Shown here in pieces: positions 47,971 through 58,839 of a stretch of DNA of 64,000 nt (positions are counted from its first letter, which is position 1; each line of letters starts with the position of its first letter). The DNA lies in the NCBI GenBank assembly GCA_011364965.1, contig RDOB01000002.1, positions 1 to 64,000 on the forward strand, read 5' to 3'. Source of the stretch: Candidatus Heimdallarchaeota archaeon. GTDB lineage: Archaea; Asgardarchaeota; Heimdallarchaeia; Hodarchaeales; Hodarchaeaceae. Under the pieces are notes generated by a model. That model saw only the letters and a program-made list of their open reading frames with translations. It did no database searches and was not told the DNA's origin. A program made the translations under genes and the position numbers.

Positions 47971-50772
47971 TTAACGCTGGCAACTTATTATCATAATTTC
48001 ATGAGGTTCAAAGGAAAGAATTGCATTTTGGTTATCCACAGGTTGGGATTTCTTTATTCTACCTTCAATCGTAAGAATATTAATGATTTTAAACTCAGAA
48101 TGAATAATCGCTCGAGTAGAAATCCGTTTTGGAGATAAATTGTAGAGAGTAATCAATGGAGTCCCTTTCCTCTGACGAATGGATGAAATTTGAATACTTG
48201 AATCATTAATTTTTATAATAGGTTTAATTTGTTCCTTCTTAGTGGGATCTAGGTATATTTGTTTGGTATATGGTTTAAGAACACAAGCTTCAGCCTGCTT
48301 TGAGCTCCAATTAATAGACTCTTTTGGTGAATGGGGGATTAAACTGTAATGAAATTCGTAACTCTTTAATTCTTGCGCACCTGGAGTTGCCAAGAAAGGA
48401 CCTGCGTGGACTGGCCGTTCCTCATAATCATCTCTCGATAGAAATCCCACTGATCGAAGTAGAGTCAAAGCTACTCTACCCTGATCAACAATTTCAATCT
48501 CTGGCAATCCTTTATTCACAAGAGTAAAAGCAAAAGATTTGTCTTCTCCTTCGATACGAATGAATCTTTTCTGCGGCTGTATTAGTGAAGGTTTTTCCAT
48601 ATAGCCTTCTGGATCTGGTAGGTTTGTTTCTCGTTTTATTACCCCAAAATGCGTACTGGTATGTATTTCCATAGTTTTTTGGGGAAACGGGAAAATTACT
48701 CGTAATCTATGATCTTTAGCTGTATTTTTGAATCTCGTAATAAAGTCTACTTGAGGAAGATCTTTATATATTCGTATTATGGAAATTATCTTAATGATTT
48801 CCTTTCCTACTCGCTTTTTTCGATCACTAGATAGTTCTGCAGGAATCTCCAGTGTCATTTCACGTTTTAGTTCCCCCACAAGTGGACCAGATTGACTAAC
48901 CTCTTGATTTTTAACTTTGGTTTCTGTAATAACTGGTTGAATTCTTCCAAATGTATATTCATCTCCTTTATCTCCCCAGTCTTCGAACTGATGTTGATTG
49001 AAATAACTTATTCCTGTTTCTTTATGGAGTAAATTGAAAGATCCATCTTTATTAAGCGTTATAGAGTAAAATTGATTATCTAGATGGTTCTTAGTAACTA
49101 TTAGAGAATTTTCTTTAATACTCAATGCTGTTTTTTCACTTGTATTAAAAATGGTAATACTCCAAGGTGCTAGTGGGATAACAGATGCAAATCGCTGTTC
49201 TCCTCCTTTTTTTATTAATACGTGGATTTTTTTGATTCCTGCTTCTTCTATGGTTGTAATTAATTCTTGCTTTTCTTTGAGTGATTCCACTTCCTGAGAT
49301 GGTGTTCTACTACATTCTAGGACAAGATCAAGTATTTTATCCTCTGTGACTGCATATGTCATCTTGTTAATATGATAACCTAATCCTAAAATTTCTGTGC
49401 CTTTAACTTGTTTTATTAATGTTTTAAAAACAAAAGGTTTGATATTTGCCTCATAAATAATTTCATCTGATTTAGAAAGGACTTGTAAGGGATATTGATT
49501 TCCTTTTTCATCCTTGATAGATCTTACCAGAAATTCTTCAATAACAGACATCTCAGTATAGATTAAACCCGAGAAGTTCGTAGGATTAAATACTATTATC
49601 GAATTAGGAGCTTGAATGATAGTACTATGGGTTAATGGTCCAAAAGCATCTTCTATCAAACCTTTAGCGATTTGTTTTGCCCAAGTAAATCTCGTCTTCA
49701 TATCATCGTGGGTATCATCAACAGAACAACCACAAATGGAATCGTGAGGAAGATTTCTAAGATACCACTTCCAAGCAGTTTGAAAGACTCCTGTGGGATA
49801 ATTTCTACCAATAATCCCGCTATACGTATTAAGAGGTTCAGCATAATGTATCAGTAGATCATTCACTTCTTGTGCTTCTTGCTTAATCCACATCCTAGCG
49901 CTATAAGTATCTTGTAATAAAGGGGCTCTGTAGGATGATCGAAATTCACCAATAAATTCAGGGATGTTTGTTTTTCGAGTTTCGAGGAGAACTTGAAGTT
50001 CCTTAACATATTCAGTTAATGGTGCGATTTTCAGGTCTCCTCCTATTTCTATTTCAGGGATTAGCTTCTTCACGACTGGTTGTGGGAACGTATGGTCTGT
50101 GCCATTCATTAGTAAAAAGATAGGCACAGGAGAAAATGGTCGTAATGCATTTATTCTATCCTGAATTTCTGTTTGTAATTGCTCCTTCCTTTTAGCTAAG
50201 TTAGCAGCATTACCATAACCAAATGGTAAATAAATTGTAAAAATTGACGTAGAACTCTCTTTATATCCTCTCCAATTAAATGCAACAGTAGAGATTTCAG
50301 GGCCTACCCCTCGCCAAACAACAGCTGTTTTTAAATCTGTTATATCGTGTAAGAGCTGTGGAATAGCACTTGAATGGCCGAACATATCAGGAAGATATGC
50401 AATGGGCATTAAAGGAAGATTATGTTGAGAAGCTAAGTCTATACTATATTCTAGATTTCTAATAAGGCTTTCTCCAGTGACAAGCCATTCGTCAGGTAGT
50501 ATATACCATGGTCCAATATCAATTTTGCCCCTTTGAATCAAATTTAGAAATTCTTCTTTCTTTTCTGGACGAACTTCTAAATAGTCCTCTAGAATAATTG
50601 TTTGACCATCTAACATGAAATAATAATTGGAATCGCGTTTAAAGATCTCTAACAAATAATCAATTAATTTAACTAATTCTCGTCTGAATTCCTGAAAAGG
50701 TTTATACCATTCTCGATCCCAATGCGTTGTGGGAACGAGTATTGCCTTGATATCGTGTTGTTTCTCCGTCAA
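47971..50772 (-). CDS. Glycoside hydrolase family 38 alpha-mannosidase (MngB-like)
   Basis: THWDREWY, LDGQ, GPWY, PDMFGH, NGTDH, HDSICGCS. Confidence 0.92.
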   Translation of the reverse strand: MTEKQHDIKAILVPTTHWDREWYKPFQEFRRELVKLIDYLLEIFKRDSNYYFMLDGQTIILEDYLEVRPEKKEEFLNLIQRGKIDIGPWYILPDEWLVTGESLIRNLEYSIDLASQHNLPLMPIAYLPDMFGHSSAIPQLLHDITDLKTAVVWRGVGPEISTVAFNWRGYKESSTSIFTIYLPFGYGNAANLAKRKEQLQTEIQDRINALRPFSPVPIFLLMNGTDHTFPQPVVKKLIPEIEIGGDLKIAPLTEYVKELQVLLETRKTNIPEFIGEFRSSYRAPLLQDTYSARMWIKQEAQEVNDLLIHYAEPLNTYSGIIGRNYPTGVFQTAWKWYLRNLPHDSICGCSVDDTHDDMKTRFTWAKQIAKGLIEDAFGPLTHSTIIQAPNSIIVFNPTNFSGLIYTEMSVIEEFLVRSIKDEKGNQYPLQVLSKSDEIIYEANIKPFVFKTLIKQVKGTEILGLGYHINKMTYAVTEDKILDLVLECSRTPSQEVESLKEKQELITTIEEAGIKKIHVLIKKGGEQRFASVIPLAPWSITIFNTSEKTALSIKENSLIVTKNHLDNQFYSITLNKDGSFNLLHKETGISYFNQHQFEDWGDKGDEYTFGRIQPVITETKVKNQEVSQSGPLVGELKREMTLEIPAELSSDRKKRVGKEIIKIISIIRIYKDLPQVDFITRFKNTAKDHRLRVIFPFPQKTMEIHTSTHFGVIKRETNLPDPEGYMEKPSLIQPQKRFIRIEGEDKSFAFTLVNKGLPEIEIVDQGRVALTLLRSVGFLSRDDYEERPVHAGPFLATPGAQELKSYEFHYSLIPHSPKESINWSSKQAEACVLKPYTKQIYLDPTKKEQIKPIIKINDSSIQISSIRQRKGTPLITLYNLSPKRISTRAIIHSEFKIINILTIEGRIKKSQPVDNQNAILSFEPHEIMIISCQR

Positions 50773-50995
50773 TTAATGCACCAGTTGCTTTACTACTCAT
50801 CTTGCTTGTAATTAGAGATTTACTCATTTTTTAAATGAATCTAATATCAATTCGGAATCTAATTTAATTGTTTATCTATCTGATCCGATCTAGATTTAAG
50901 AATAATAAAGATCAGAAAGAGCTTCAACTGAAGTTTTTCTTCTTTTGAATACCTGCCGGAAAAAAGGATCACATGGTGACATTCTCTGAGAAATA

Positions 50996-51403
50996 TTATT
51001 GATCTATACTCACTTTACAAATCTCGCATCCCTCATGAACCAATCCAAATTTTTTATGGAATTTACAAAGATATCCGCCCTGTTGAATGAATTTCAGTAC
51101 CCTTTGGACTTCACTGGGGGCGTATTTATCTTCCTCCGCGATTCTACGAGCTGCTTCTTCAATAAATTTAACAATCTCAGGCTCAAAATCGAGACTTCCT
51201 CTATCTCCCTTCTTATATTGTGAAATTGCTGGTTCAGTTAACCCAAATCTTTGAGCAATATCTTTCTGGGGAAATTTGTATTTATTTATCAAAGTATTGG
51301 TGATTTCTCGTCGAATACCAGGCAGAATATACCATACAATAATTTCCTGAGGTTGTACCAACTTCTTGAAGCGCTTTTTCTTTTGACTTGACATAACCAT
51401 CAA
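50996..51403 (-). CDS. Archaeal HTH transcriptional regulator with Cys/His C-terminus
   Basis: PQE..LPGIR, QKDIA..GLTEPAISQY..RG, CKFH..CEIC. Confidence 0.82.
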   Translation of the reverse strand: MMVMSSQKKKRFKKLVQPQEIIVWYILPGIRREITNTLINKYKFPQKDIAQRFGLTEPAISQYKKGDRGSLDFEPEIVKFIEEAARRIAEEDKYAPSEVQRVLKFIQQGGYLCKFHKKFGLVHEGCEICKVSIDQ

Positions 51404-51604
51404 TTCAATTATCTAATTTTACAATTGTGAATTAATATATAAATGCAGCGTTGTTCTTTAAAGATTTGGGAATTTAGTAGATAAAACCTCTTTTAGGAAC
51501 TAGGATGTTAAATCCTTGTATTTCGTGACCAGTTTCCAAATTTTTAAAAACTACGACGATTATAGAGTAAAATGTAAAGATAATCCATTATAAAAACCCG
51601 AGGT

Positions 51605-52957
51605 ATGATAGTGACTCGTATACACTCCCAAATTAACCCAAGTTCTTTGAAGGAATGTATATTACTATTACCTCTGCCTACAACGATCAATCAACAATTT
51701 TTAAATTCAGAGATGCGAGCCCTTGTAGACTCAGCTCAATATCAGGTGATTTCTGAATATAGTATTGATACAAATAATTTGAGTTATTTCTTTTCAGTTC
51801 AAAGGTTACAAGAAATCAAAAATCAACTAGAAATAGATTATAATGTGTCCTCATTGAATCTAGTGATTGGGTCTCACATCTCACCAAAACAAGGAGTAAA
51901 TTTAGAAAATCTATTTGAAATAAGGATAATTGATAAATTTGATTTAGTATTAGAGATATTTGCAGATCGTGCAATGACCGAAGAATCCAAATTACAAATT
52001 GAATTAGCTCAATTAAAGTATCAACGATCACGTGACCGCTTAAGACTTATGCATAGATTGGGTCTCGAAGGAGCTTGGCACAGTGAGAGAAGTGGATTTT
52101 GGGGACCTGGTGAAAATCCCTTAAATGTTCTAGATGCCAGTATAACAAAAAAAGAAGCGATTTTACGGAAAAAGTTATTGTTTCTTAAACGACAGCGGGA
52201 AGAGAGGAGAAGAGTACGAAAAAGGATCCATAAAAATAGTCTTTACATCAGTCTAGTGGGATATACTTCTGCAGGAAAATCAACTATTCTAAATACTCTC
52301 ACAGATTCATTTGCTTCAAGTGTCGATCCTCGATTATTTGAGACTTTAGACACAAGAATTCGAAGTATTCAATTAGATGATCTTAAAATATTTATCACTG
52401 ATTCAGTAGGATTCATTGAGGATCTTCCAACATTTTTAATTGACTCTTTTAAGTCAACTCTCGAAGAAGCTCTAGCAGCGGATATAATTTTTATGATAAT
52501 TGATGGAAGTGAACCAGTAGATTATGTTGTAAAGAAATTAAAGGTTACTTGTGATACATTGAGTGAATTAACTCTATCAAATAATCGTGTATTAATTTTG
52601 AATAAGACAGATTTAATCACTCAAAATGAGTTAGAACATCGATTATCAAAGTTAAATGAGTTGTACCCAGAAATGTTGACTATTCCCATTAGTGCAGTCA
52701 ATGATGTTACTCCATTAAAGAATTATATTAATGTAATTCGTCCAGTAAAGACTTATAAGTGCAATTATCCAGCTAATCACAGTTTTCGATCATTCTGCTA
52801 TGAAAATGCGAGAATTGAGTCAGAATCATGTACTCACTCGGATTGGGAAATGATTTTTGGACTACGTAACCCTGAATATAGTATTCCAAATATAAAGCGG
52901 AAAGCCAAGGCTCTTGGAGTTCCTGTTGAATTGGAGGTGGTGAAATCTGTCGACTAG
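51605..52957 (+). CDS. hflX: GTPase HflX
   Basis: LQIELAQLKY, GPGE, GYTSAGKST, LFETLD, DSVGFI, NKTD. Confidence 0.92.
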   Translation: MIVTRIHSQINPSSLKECILLLPLPTTINQQFLNSEMRALVDSAQYQVISEYSIDTNNLSYFFSVQRLQEIKNQLEIDYNVSSLNLVIGSHISPKQGVNLENLFEIRIIDKFDLVLEIFADRAMTEESKLQIELAQLKYQRSRDRLRLMHRLGLEGAWHSERSGFWGPGENPLNVLDASITKKEAILRKKLLFLKRQREERRRVRKRIHKNSLYISLVGYTSAGKSTILNTLTDSFASSVDPRLFETLDTRIRSIQLDDLKIFITDSVGFIEDLPTFLIDSFKSTLEEALAADIIFMIIDGSEPVDYVVKKLKVTCDTLSELTLSNNRVLILNKTDLITQNELEHRLSKLNELYPEMLTIPISAVNDVTPLKNYINVIRPVKTYKCNYPANHSFRSFCYENARIESESCTHSDWEMIFGLRNPEYSIPNIKRKAKALGVPVELEVVKSVD

Positions 52958-52979
52958 ACATATTTGGTTAAGTTCTCGT

Positions 52980-54107
52980 TTGGTTCTATATATGATTATT
53001 ATTCTTATGGTTACTGGAGTTAATAAAGAGATAAAATCATTGGATACTGAATATCATTGGCCTCTCTTTGAAGTTGGAGCTCCCCAAGCATGGAACTATA
53101 CCCAAGGTGACCCAGAAATTGTTCTTGCAGTAATAGATAGTGGAATCGATTTTACCCATCCTGATCTAGAAAACCAGTCATGGGTTAATCTTGATGAAAT
53201 TCCTGAGAATGGTATTGATGACGATAGAAATGGATTCATTGATGATATTATTGGATGGGATTTCCGTGGAAGCGATAATAATCCTAGTCCTGGCCACCCT
53301 CATGGCACATTTATAGCAGGAATCATCTCTGGGGATGATGATAATGATCTTATGGTAGGAATAGCTCCAAATATAAAGTTAATGGCTATAAGATTTTTGG
53401 ATGATAATAATGCATTTAGCGGGGACGATTGGGAGATGTTTGCTAACGCTATAAACTACTCAGTCGAGAATGGGGCCCAAATTATTCAGCTTTCGATTGA
53501 AGCATTTGGTACACCCCCCTCTGAATTCTATAATACAATTAAAAATGCTTATGACAATGGCGTAACTATCGTAGGTGTTACTGGCAATTATGGAGATCAT
53601 GTGACATATCCTGGTAAGTATCCAGAGGTAATAGCGGTTTCTGCAACTACGGAAACAAGAGAAATAGCAGATTTCTCTAATCAAGGGGAAGAGAATGAGA
53701 TTTGCGCCCCTGGAAAAGATATTTATTCTATTATTCCTGGTTCTACGTCTTATGCCACAGGATCTGGGACATCTTTTGCATCTCCACTCGTTTCGGGTAC
53801 TATTGCATTGATGCTCTCTCTAAATCGAACTTTGACACCAGACACAATCCGATTAATATTGCACGAATCTAGTACGGACTTAGGAGAGCTAGGTAAAGAT
53901 GCTACTTTTGGATATGGCCTTCTAAATGCCTCTGCTGCTGTTGAAAAAGTACTATATGAGTGGAATCATGGATTAATCCCCACTACATCCTCAACAACTC
54001 ACTATACCAGTGGATTCTCAAATAAAATCACTCCTCACTCCTCTGTTCTACTATCATCTTCTTGTCTATTTATACTAGCAATAGCAAATAAGAAAAATAA
54101 ACGTTGA
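52980..54107 (+). CDS. S8 subtilisin-like serine protease with C-terminal anchor
   Basis: VIDSG, HGT, GTSFASP triad; TSGF-hydrophobic-KKNKR tail. Confidence 0.92.
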   Translation: MVLYMIIILMVTGVNKEIKSLDTEYHWPLFEVGAPQAWNYTQGDPEIVLAVIDSGIDFTHPDLENQSWVNLDEIPENGIDDDRNGFIDDIIGWDFRGSDNNPSPGHPHGTFIAGIISGDDDNDLMVGIAPNIKLMAIRFLDDNNAFSGDDWEMFANAINYSVENGAQIIQLSIEAFGTPPSEFYNTIKNAYDNGVTIVGVTGNYGDHVTYPGKYPEVIAVSATTETREIADFSNQGEENEICAPGKDIYSIIPGSTSYATGSGTSFASPLVSGTIALMLSLNRTLTPDTIRLILHESSTDLGELGKDATFGYGLLNASAAVEKVLYEWNHGLIPTTSSTTHYTSGFSNKITPHSSVLLSSSCLFILAIANKKNKR

Positions 54108-56243
54108 TCATGAGTTATCTCGCTTGATTAGTTCTTCTAAATAGGCATTTAAAGCAGAATAGAGGGAATTCAACATATTTTTAATGTTTGAATCTGAAAT
54201 TCCTAAGAATCTAGCAATAGCAGCATCCAAGTCATATTTGGATTTCTTATTGAGTTCTACTTTGATAGACTCTTGTTTATTTGAGGCAAGCTTATCAAAT
54301 TCAGCAATTATTTGCTTTTTCAATTGTAAATTTCCCTTAAAAGGATCAATGAATAATCTTTCTTTCATATAATCGTTTATTTGTAAACGACCATAAGATC
54401 CTGCTATCTCTCTACGAATGGCAAGATATAACAATAAAAACCAGCTTGAATTTAGCCATGCAACTATAATTTTTGCTTCATTTGAAGTCAAATTCTTAAT
54501 CAAGTAGAAATTTTTCGAACATACTGTTTTAGCTTCCGTAAAATGTCCCAAGACGCCATTAGTGCTAACACTCAGCTTATCAATTAGAAAAACATGACCC
54601 AGAGGTTCCTTCACAAGAATTTGGGAATAAATATGAGATATCCAATTTTCACCAAATTTTTTCTTTGCTATTATACCGAACTCTGCTGTTTCTTGAACAT
54701 ATTGTCTTACCCATGGATCGTTAACATTTTTTGGTGAAAGTGAAATCGCATAATCCTCAATCTTATCCAATGATATTTTATCAATATATTTGCTTGGTTT
54801 TCTTAATGAGGAAACTAGAGATGATTTTGGGACTTCTAATTCAGAAAATTTAGACTGAATGACAACATTGGTTACTAAATCTCTCTTAATACGCCATATT
54901 TTGTTAGGAAGGAAAAAGAAATTCGGGCCGTACATTTCTACTCCCCGTATTATTTTTAATTTCAAGTCCCTTCCAGATTTTATGGTTTCATTACTAAGTA
55001 GCCTTTGGCGAATTTTAAATAATGATGGGTTAGTTAAGTAGACTAACCAGTTCCATTCAGATTTTAAATGCTCATATTCAACCCTGAGGAGGCTAGAAAT
55101 TCCCCAAATAGATGTTGAAGATGAGTCATGAAACTTCAAAAAAGAGATGCAGGATTTGATGTTCGTTTTGGTTCCAAGAAGAAATATTTCTCTGATATTA
55201 CTGCCTTCAGAAAAGGATTTATTATTCTTAGCGACTCCAATGATTTCTAGCGAGTACTTTTTCAGAATTAACCTACGAATATTTTGCGAGTAATCCGAGT
55301 AAATAGTTGAGGCTGGTAAAATAGCAGCTAATGTTCCCATATTAGCTAATAAGCAATCAGCAAGCAAAAAAGAATAGATATGTAAACCCATTTGTCCTTG
55401 TAGATATTTCTTATATCTTGTTTCTATATCAATTAATTTATTCCTTAACTCGTTGTCAATTCTATGAGTCCGTGTGAAGGGGGGATTCATTAAAACTAAA
55501 TCATATGCACCTAGAGAAAACGCATTAGATGGATCAAAAGCATCTCCAATTGTTGCTATTAGGTGTTCAAACCCTACTCCATGGCTAGAAAGTCTGATAA
55601 CTAATCTACATGTCGCAATTAATACGGATATTGGATCTATATCATTAATTGTTATCCTTGGAAAGCATTTAGTTGGAATCAGAATGTCAAGGTACGCAGA
55701 TATTAATCTACCTGTTCCACAAAAAGGATCAATGATTTTCCAATTATCTTTTTGCCTTATTAGGCTTACAAGATAAGTTGACGCGTCAAAGGTGGTATAA
55801 TTGACTGCAAGTCGTTTTCTTTCGTCTAATGGAATAGAATTTTGGAGGATAATACCGAAAAAATCTTGCTCAAGAGCACCTTGTATATTTGGGATTGGTG
55901 TCTCCAAAATTCCACTTAAAGAATCATATTCTTGCAGATGAGTAAAAATCTTGTTGATAAAGGTCCAAAGTGATTCAGATGATGGATACTTTTTGGATAA
56001 TGCTTTTCCTGTTTTCTTTATATTCCCAGGTGACCATTTCTCATATTTCAAAGGATTTAAAAACTTAATTAGCCAGACTGCTAACAGAATTATTATAATA
56101 TAAACATCTTTTTTCCCAAAAGGGATAAGAAAAGACTTTACAGATAGAACATCAGCACACGAATGCATCCAGTCAGAAATAGGCTGGTATTCAGAAATTT
56201 CTATTCTGTTGCTTCCTTCAATAGCTGGAATCGTACACACCAA
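54108..56243 (-). CDS. Gamma-class N6-adenine DNA methyltransferase
   Basis: IIDPFCGTGRL, NDID, GDAF, MNPPF, WLNS. Confidence 0.85.
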   Translation of the reverse strand: MVCTIPAIEGSNRIEISEYQPISDWMHSCADVLSVKSFLIPFGKKDVYIIIILLAVWLIKFLNPLKYEKWSPGNIKKTGKALSKKYPSSESLWTFINKIFTHLQEYDSLSGILETPIPNIQGALEQDFFGIILQNSIPLDERKRLAVNYTTFDASTYLVSLIRQKDNWKIIDPFCGTGRLISAYLDILIPTKCFPRITINDIDPISVLIATCRLVIRLSSHGVGFEHLIATIGDAFDPSNAFSLGAYDLVLMNPPFTRTHRIDNELRNKLIDIETRYKKYLQGQMGLHIYSFLLADCLLANMGTLAAILPASTIYSDYSQNIRRLILKKYSLEIIGVAKNNKSFSEGSNIREIFLLGTKTNIKSCISFLKFHDSSSTSIWGISSLLRVEYEHLKSEWNWLVYLTNPSLFKIRQRLLSNETIKSGRDLKLKIIRGVEMYGPNFFFLPNKIWRIKRDLVTNVVIQSKFSELEVPKSSLVSSLRKPSKYIDKISLDKIEDYAISLSPKNVNDPWVRQYVQETAEFGIIAKKKFGENWISHIYSQILVKEPLGHVFLIDKLSVSTNGVLGHFTEAKTVCSKNFYLIKNLTSNEAKIIVAWLNSSWFLLLYLAIRREIAGSYGRLQINDYMKERLFIDPFKGNLQLKKQIIAEFDKLASNKQESIKVELNKKSKYDLDAAIARFLGISDSNIKNMLNSLYSALNAYLEELIKRDNS

Positions 56244-56267
56244 TTCTATTATCAGAGAACTGAAATT

Positions 56268-57434
56268 TTAATGTTGGTATTTTACTTTAGTAATTAATCT
56301 ACCAAGTTCTATAAAATCTGAATCAAGGGGAATTGTTTTTTTCTTTGCTCCTTCAGAAAGAGAAACTGATTCGATTTTTTCTCCATTCAAACAGACCATT
56401 TTTCCAAATACTCCATCGAGGATTAATTTTGCTGCTTGTACTCCCAATCTAAGACCAAGAATTCTATCAAATGAATTTGGTGTCCCAGCTCTCATAGTAT
56501 GACCAAGTACTACGTCTCGGACCTCAAATTCGGAATCAAACTGTTTCAAATGCTCCGCTAAATCGTTTCGTGCAGAAATTTCTTCCACAATAATATCAGC
56601 CATATTTAACTTTGCCAGTAGTGGATTGCCAAAGTTATCTTTAGGAAGTTGATCCAGAGCTTCTTTTTTTATTGTCTTGAAATCACGTTTTAACGATTCT
56701 TCGGTTGGGATTGCTCCTTCACTACAAGCAATAATATGATATTTTCGACCGACGCGGGCACGATCTTTAATAACCTGAATAACTTCCTTTTCTAGATCAA
56801 ATTTGTGTTCTGGTATTAAAATTATGTCAGCTCCTGCTGAAATGCCGCTAATTAATGTTAACCAGCCAGCATCCCTTCCCATTATTTGAACAACAAAAAT
56901 CCTTTGATGGCTACGGGCTGTAGTGGTGATATTGTCTATAGAATTCGACGCTAATTGGACTGCGGACCAAAATCCGAATGTATAGTCCGTACTTGAAAGA
57001 TCATTGTCAATAGTTTTCGGTACTCCTACAACTTTTGCTCCTGCGTATTCATACATAGCTTCTGCAACTCCCAAGGTATCATCTCCACCGATACAACACA
57101 GAGCGTCTATCCCTAACTCCTCAAATTTTGAAGTCATATATTCAGCAGTTGCTTTTATCTTTTTTTGCCTTTCTGCAGAATCCTTTACTTTTTTGGCTTC
57201 CTTATAAGGATTTGTCCTTGATGTATAGAGAATTGTGCCTCCAATGGTATGAAGGTCATCAAGATCGGTTACTTTAAGTTCTCTTGTTTTATTCTCGAGA
57301 AATCCTTGCCATCCTTTTTCAATTCCAATTACTTTGACTCCTCCCTCGGATAATTTTAATAATAATCCATAAATTACACTATTTAGACCAGGACAGTCTC
57401 CTCCACCTGTTAATACTCCAACAGTTTGCACCAT
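56268..57434 (-). CDS. PfkA-family phosphofructokinase, predicted PPi-dependent
   Basis: GGDCPGLN, GGDDT, PKTIDND, MGR, LGH..R. Confidence 0.92.
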   Translation of the reverse strand: MVQTVGVLTGGGDCPGLNSVIYGLLLKLSEGGVKVIGIEKGWQGFLENKTRELKVTDLDDLHTIGGTILYTSRTNPYKEAKKVKDSAERQKKIKATAEYMTSKFEELGIDALCCIGGDDTLGVAEAMYEYAGAKVVGVPKTIDNDLSSTDYTFGFWSAVQLASNSIDNITTTARSHQRIFVVQIMGRDAGWLTLISGISAGADIILIPEHKFDLEKEVIQVIKDRARVGRKYHIIACSEGAIPTEESLKRDFKTIKKEALDQLPKDNFGNPLLAKLNMADIIVEEISARNDLAEHLKQFDSEFEVRDVVLGHTMRAGTPNSFDRILGLRLGVQAAKLILDGVFGKMVCLNGEKIESVSLSEGAKKKTIPLDSDFIELGRLITKVKYQH

Positions 57435-57550
57435 AATTAACACCAGCAATGATACCTAAAAGCATTCAAGATTTAAAAGTAGATTGAAATATATGATATA
57501 TTGTCTTCTTTCCATATAATTTGGGTTAGAAAAAAAGCTTCCCAAACTGC

Positions 57551-58354
57551 TTAACGTAATTTTCCGTAACAGTGGGGACAAAAGAACGCATTCGCAGGTA
57601 CTTGTTTTCCACAAAATTTACACGTTGTTTGGGAACCTCCACTAGGAGCTGCTTTTTTAACAACTGTCTTCTGGGGTTCTTTGGCTTTTCCCGTGGATTT
57701 AATCGCCATTTTTGGTCTACGTGAAGAAGTAGATCCTCCTGAAGTACCTCCCCACTGCAAAGTAGGTTCCCAACCAGCTACTGGTTTTGGTTGTTTTATA
57801 GAGGGCGCGCTTTTTCCTTTAACAAAGCCCAGAACTATTAAAACTAACCCAATTACTGCGATAATCCCAGGAATAATAAAAGTAAATAATGAAAAGCTGA
57901 TGGAAGCTTGTGTCCGGAGAACAGTTATATCTGAGTTCAAGTTATTTTCTAATCGAACTAGCAATGAGAATCCCCGGGATGAAGCAGAGTTTCCAATCAT
58001 AGAATTAAAATCATAAGTAATTGATTCAAAATTTCCAGCAATAAATGAAGGTCCTCGAATAACAGCTGAGGTCAATCCATCCACTGATTCATAAACTAAC
58101 GAAATATTGCATTCGAAATACGTGGTTGCTGAGATCTCAATGGAGACTCTTGTTGTTGTGAAGAGAGGATGTGAGACCTGAGTGACAGCTACGACATCGA
58201 GCGTCGAGTATCCACTCACAGTTTGATTTTGTTCGATCCAACCTGTTCCTAGTGTAAATGGAGGAATAGCTAAACCAATGATACCAGTCAATAGAATTAT
58301 TAGAAAACCTACTCCAAATATAGGAGCTCCCGCTTTGGTAAATTTATGAACCAT
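57551..58354 (-). CDS. Two-TM membrane protein with C-terminal zinc ribbon
   Basis: Two TM helices, low-complexity linker, CKFCG..FCPHC. Confidence 0.75.
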   Translation of the reverse strand: MVHKFTKAGAPIFGVGFLIILLTGIIGLAIPPFTLGTGWIEQNQTVSGYSTLDVVAVTQVSHPLFTTTRVSIEISATTYFECNISLVYESVDGLTSAVIRGPSFIAGNFESITYDFNSMIGNSASSRGFSLLVRLENNLNSDITVLRTQASISFSLFTFIIPGIIAVIGLVLIVLGFVKGKSAPSIKQPKPVAGWEPTLQWGGTSGGSTSSRRPKMAIKSTGKAKEPQKTVVKKAAPSGGSQTTCKFCGKQVPANAFFCPHCYGKLR

Positions 58355-58839
58355 TTTTCACACTCACTCACTTTAAACTCATAGAAGCATATCAAGAATA
58401 TCAAGAGCTAAATCTATACCATCTCACCCCCGCGCGGGTTACTTAAATATTTCGAATTACATAATGGAGAGCTAATCTTTTTTTGAAAATCCCAGATTTA
58501 TCCATAATCTGAGAAATCAAGATCGTAGCGATCCTATTAATTAATATTAAGAGGGGATAAAGCAAAAGAAGACGATATTAGACACTTATTTGTCTATTAA
58601 AGATCTTTAACATCGAACTTAATAGAGAAATACTGATTTAAAGTCGATTTTAAAGGAAGCATCCAGAATAAAATGAAATCCCCTGAGTAGATAAACTAAT
58701 AAAGAGCTTTAAATGAAAAATCCCCTCTAAGAAATCATTGGATTCTAATTAGAATTCATAATATCATAATGAAAGAAATTCTTTTTATAAACCAGAAAAA
58801 TGCTTTACCTTACACAACTTTACAAGCTGGGATCGATCT

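Noticed and set aside
58389-58438. ATATCAAGA direct repeat, CCCGCGCGGG palindrome and a Met-Val-stop mini-ORF upstream of 58354
   Set aside because: Too short to distinguish from chance; no second copy seen
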